Assembly (NCBI GenBank): GCA_010015805.1
Contig: ML978125.1
Location: 1,922,001 to 1,986,000, forward strand
Direction: 5' to 3'
Length of the DNA: 64,000 nucleotides
Source of the DNA: Rhizodiscina lignyota
Lineage: Eukaryota
Part shown: in pieces, positions 61,385-64,000 of the stretch
Position numbering within the stretch: position 1 is the stretch's first letter
Layout: the number at the start of each line of letters is the position of its first letter
Translations under genes and position numbers: made by a program
Notes under the pieces: generated by a model
What the model was told of the DNA's origin: nothing
What the model saw: only the letters and a program-made list of their open reading frames with translations
Databases searched by the model: none

Positions 61385-62518
61385 CTATGGTTGGTGATCG
61401 AAGCTACCGTGCTTGACCTTGTCCCTAGCGGTAATAGTGTAATTCCTGAAAAATGGAGGTCCACAGATCCTCCTTCTTTCCTCCGTTGTAAGTGTATATT
61501 CCTCGTCTGTAATCCCCTTCATTTGGCAATACTCTCGAAGCCACTGGGCACAATTCTGCCCATGTGCTGTGGAAGGCCTCACCCAGCGAATCGTCGTCTG
61601 CAGCACATTCCGAGCGGGAGCAGTAGCCGCATCATCCACGATTCTGGGTAACGCACCCAGCAATGTGCGCATATCCCTACCTTGCGGAGCGCCGAATATC
61701 CAACTTCTTTGTCCGAAGACATTCCGAAGATCTATAACAAGCGTTCGCTTACCCTCATCTTGTTCGGTAGCCTGACTTTTATCTTGTTTGGAAGCCTTCC
61801 TCTTTTCCCGTTCGAAAGCTTCCTGGATGCAAGACTTGACTACGATCAGCGCTGCCTCTTGGACTCTGTCTAGTGCGGTTTGAGTATCTGCATATGCGCC
61901 AGATCCACCGCCGACATATCCTCCGAGTAATGCTACGACATCAAGTTTCACATTGTGGATGGAGCGCAGACCATTCTGTGTGGTACATGGCGCCGCCGTA
62001 TTTCCTGTGAGGGGCATCAACACATGATGCGTTTCATTCCACACATGTTCCCTCGTCGTTGCGTTACAAAATCGACAGGTAAAGGTCGCCTCCTTAAACA
62101 TAATACCCCAAAATCCATTGAACATAGCATGGCTTACAAGTGATAGAGGAGGCAGAGGGATCCGCCTATGCAGGCGTTCTGGAACGAAGAGCGACGGGGC
62201 AAGAGGCTGTTGATAGAGCGACAAGTCAAGAGGTTGTCCAACGAGCGACAGGATAAGAGGCTCCCGATAGAGCGACAGGGCAAGAGGTCGCCGATAGCGT
62301 GACTCCACAATATGCGAATCAAGGTCTTCAATGTAACGCTCATAAACCTTATTGCGAAGCTCGGCTGGCAGCCTCGCAAATGGGAAATGTTTTGACGAGG
62401 TTTTCGTAGACGACATTTTAGTCACGTCGGTTGAAGAAACAGCAGCGTCCGATTCAAATACTGACCGCCTTCCCTTTTGCTGCTTGCTTCTTTGGGCGGC
62501 TATGGCATGCTCGCCCAT
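61385..62518 (-). CDS. F-box-like (LPAELR-motif) hypothetical protein, tandem paralog A
   Basis: FPFARLPAELRNKVYE; colinear similarity with 62737..63705. The start could be the later MSSTK. Confidence 0.7.
   Translation of the reverse strand: MGEHAIAAQRSKQQKGRRSVFESDAAVSSTDVTKMSSTKTSSKHFPFARLPAELRNKVYERYIEDLDSHIVESRYRRPLALSLYREPLILSLVGQPLDLSLYQQPLAPSLFVPERLHRRIPLPPLSLVSHAMFNGFWGIMFKEATFTCRFCNATTREHVWNETHHVLMPLTGNTAAPCTTQNGLRSIHNVKLDVVALLGGYVGGGSGAYADTQTALDRVQEAALIVVKSCIQEAFEREKRKASKQDKSQATEQDEGKRTLVIDLRNVFGQRSWIFGAPQGRDMRTLLGALPRIVDDAATAPARNVLQTTIRWVRPSTAHGQNCAQWLREYCQMKGITDEEYTLTTEERRRICGPPFFRNYTITARDKVKHGSFDHQP
62189..62296. repeat. Four degenerate 27-bp tandem repeats within the coding sequence
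   Basis: GAGCGAC..AAGAGG cores at 62189, 62216, 62243 and 62270 (exact 27-nt period). Confidence 0.9.
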
Positions 62519-62736
62519 CGTAAGTCGCGAAAAGCAGCCCAAGAAGCCGAAAGAGAACCCGCCGCAAAGGGGTTAGTTAATCACAGGCGGAAAGAGTTTG
62601 GTAAGCGTCGGAACCTTTGCACTTTGGTATGCACTCTTGCCTAATGTATGCTAAATTTGTCCAGTGTAGAGCTCGTCAACCTCACTTCCATTCGCCTCAC
62701 AAATCCTTTCAATCCTGACCGAGCCTCTTTCTCTGC

Positions 62737-63705
62737 TCACGTCAGCGTTCCGGAAGCACTGCCGCTGCGACCGATCCTTCCTGTGAGAGTCGTCCAGTAA
62801 TCCTCCCACTCCACACCACGGGTGGCGCAATGATGCTCGAGCCATTGTGCGATTGCTTGGTTCGCGGCCGGGATGGGGTAGTTCCACCGAACTGTCACGT
62901 CCAGGCGGAATTTCTGCTTGGCCTCGACAATACTCTCAATCAGAGAGCACAGCAAGTCTTGCTGCGTCGGCGCGCCGCTGTTGCCGGGGAAGCTGAACTC
63001 CTTGACATGGCGCGTGAAGAAGTCGCGTAAATCGATGATGATGGTCCGGTTCTTCGGCGGGTCTTCCTTGGGCTCATGAGAATCTCTGGACTTCAGAAGA
63101 TCTCCCTGGAACTTTGTGGGACCTCCCTTGATCTTTGGACGAATCGCTTTAGCACTTGGAGCTTCTTTTTTGCGCGACTCCAGAGGCTCGTTGTACTCAG
63201 ATAAAGCAGAGATCCTAACAACTTCACAGATTCTTTTCAGTATCTCTCGAACGACTCCCGGATAGCTCGCGTCGTCTTGAACTCCTTTAAACGCCACAAC
63301 GTCTATGCTCACTTGCTGGGCTCTTTTGAGACTATTGAGCGTAGTCTGCTGGCGCGAAGAACCGTTGTATAGCGATTCCTGGGTGCTGTGGGTGCTACGC
63401 TCGTACTCAGCGCTTCCAAGGGTGTAAGTGTACCGGCAGTTGAACGTCATCTGGCGAAATATGATGCTCGCGAGCTCACTGGAGACCTGTTTGTTGACGC
63501 GTAGCATTGGAGGGGAAAAGAGCTGTCGCATGAATGAATCGTCGCCGCCGAAAGTACGAAGGACAAGAGATCGTGGGTTGCCGTGTTTTGTACCCCGCAA
63601 CGATATCTCGTGGAGGTAGCACTCATAGATGGCATTGCGAAGCTCAGCTGGGAGGTCAAGGAAGGACTCGATCTTCTGAGGCTCCATGGTCGTTGTCTTC
63701 TCCAT
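62737..63705 (-). CDS. F-box-like (LPAELR-motif) hypothetical protein, tandem paralog B
   Basis: SFLDLPAELRNAIYE, PPMLRVNKQV; colinear similarity with paralog A. Confidence 0.72.
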   Translation of the reverse strand: MEKTTTMEPQKIESFLDLPAELRNAIYECYLHEISLRGTKHGNPRSLVLRTFGGDDSFMRQLFSPPMLRVNKQVSSELASIIFRQMTFNCRYTYTLGSAEYERSTHSTQESLYNGSSRQQTTLNSLKRAQQVSIDVVAFKGVQDDASYPGVVREILKRICEVVRISALSEYNEPLESRKKEAPSAKAIRPKIKGGPTKFQGDLLKSRDSHEPKEDPPKNRTIIIDLRDFFTRHVKEFSFPGNSGAPTQQDLLCSLIESIVEAKQKFRLDVTVRWNYPIPAANQAIAQWLEHHCATRGVEWEDYWTTLTGRIGRSGSASGTLT

Positions 63706-64000
63706 CGATGTGCGTATACAGGTTAAGGTTCGAGAGGAATGTGCGAGGATTTTAAACGATTCCTAGGTGTTTGTGGATTGGCTGCGTGATGTGTTTGGTT
63801 TGGTGTTTGGGTTCAAAGTTTTCGAAGTATCACATGCTCCTTCCCGCGTTCCCGTCAAGTCACTGTGAACCTTAAGGCTGACGGCTGGCAGTGGCTCGGC
63901 CCGCATCCCTCCAACCTCCACCGGACTCGAGATATCAAGCCAGAATTCCTTGGAGATCGATGGCCATGTGGCGGTGCTCTTAATCAAGTCCGTTTCCGGA

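Noticed and set aside
63763..64000. Open frame running off the window end as a possible third paralog or next gene
   Set aside because: No similarity to the F-box-like pair, and it stops only about 57 bp before the next ATG, so it is more likely promoter or UTR.

Overview
Eukaryotic, gene-dense DNA (roughly balanced GC by eye) from a filamentous ascomycete. Short GT-AG introns with CTAAC/CTGAC branch sites and the gene set indicate Pezizomycotina; a dothideomycete is only a guess. I reconstructed 27 protein-coding loci by hand-splicing. Most are conserved housekeeping genes: GH47 mannosidase (5'-truncated), Ldb17, BNA6, DNAJC3/Jem1-like, POL2, VPS71, FluG, hemerythrin-domain protein, DHH1, rhomboid, HAUS1-like, SDR, APT1-like esterase, SMC6, Slm1-like BAR-PH, a UCH deubiquitinase, POM152, Sec14-like, SHM2, UBP8 and ELYS-like. 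I recognised no tRNA, rRNA, transposon or CRISPR array. The main candidate for a novel system is a 7-exon gene (6237-9320) that fuses a HeLo-like/SesA-type N-terminal domain, TPR-like helices and an atypical, non-prenylated Rho GTPase. It resembles an NLR-like or integrated-decoy cell-death sensor. Also notable: (1) a tandem pair of orphan coiled-coil paralogs, one starting with a histone H3-tail mimic (MARTKQ) and the other interrupted by an in-frame TGA upstream of a conserved C-terminal motif; (2) a tandem pair of F-box-like paralogs, one with a 27-bp coding repeat; (3) a BAP1-like UCH. All family calls rest on motif recognition by eye; no searches were run.
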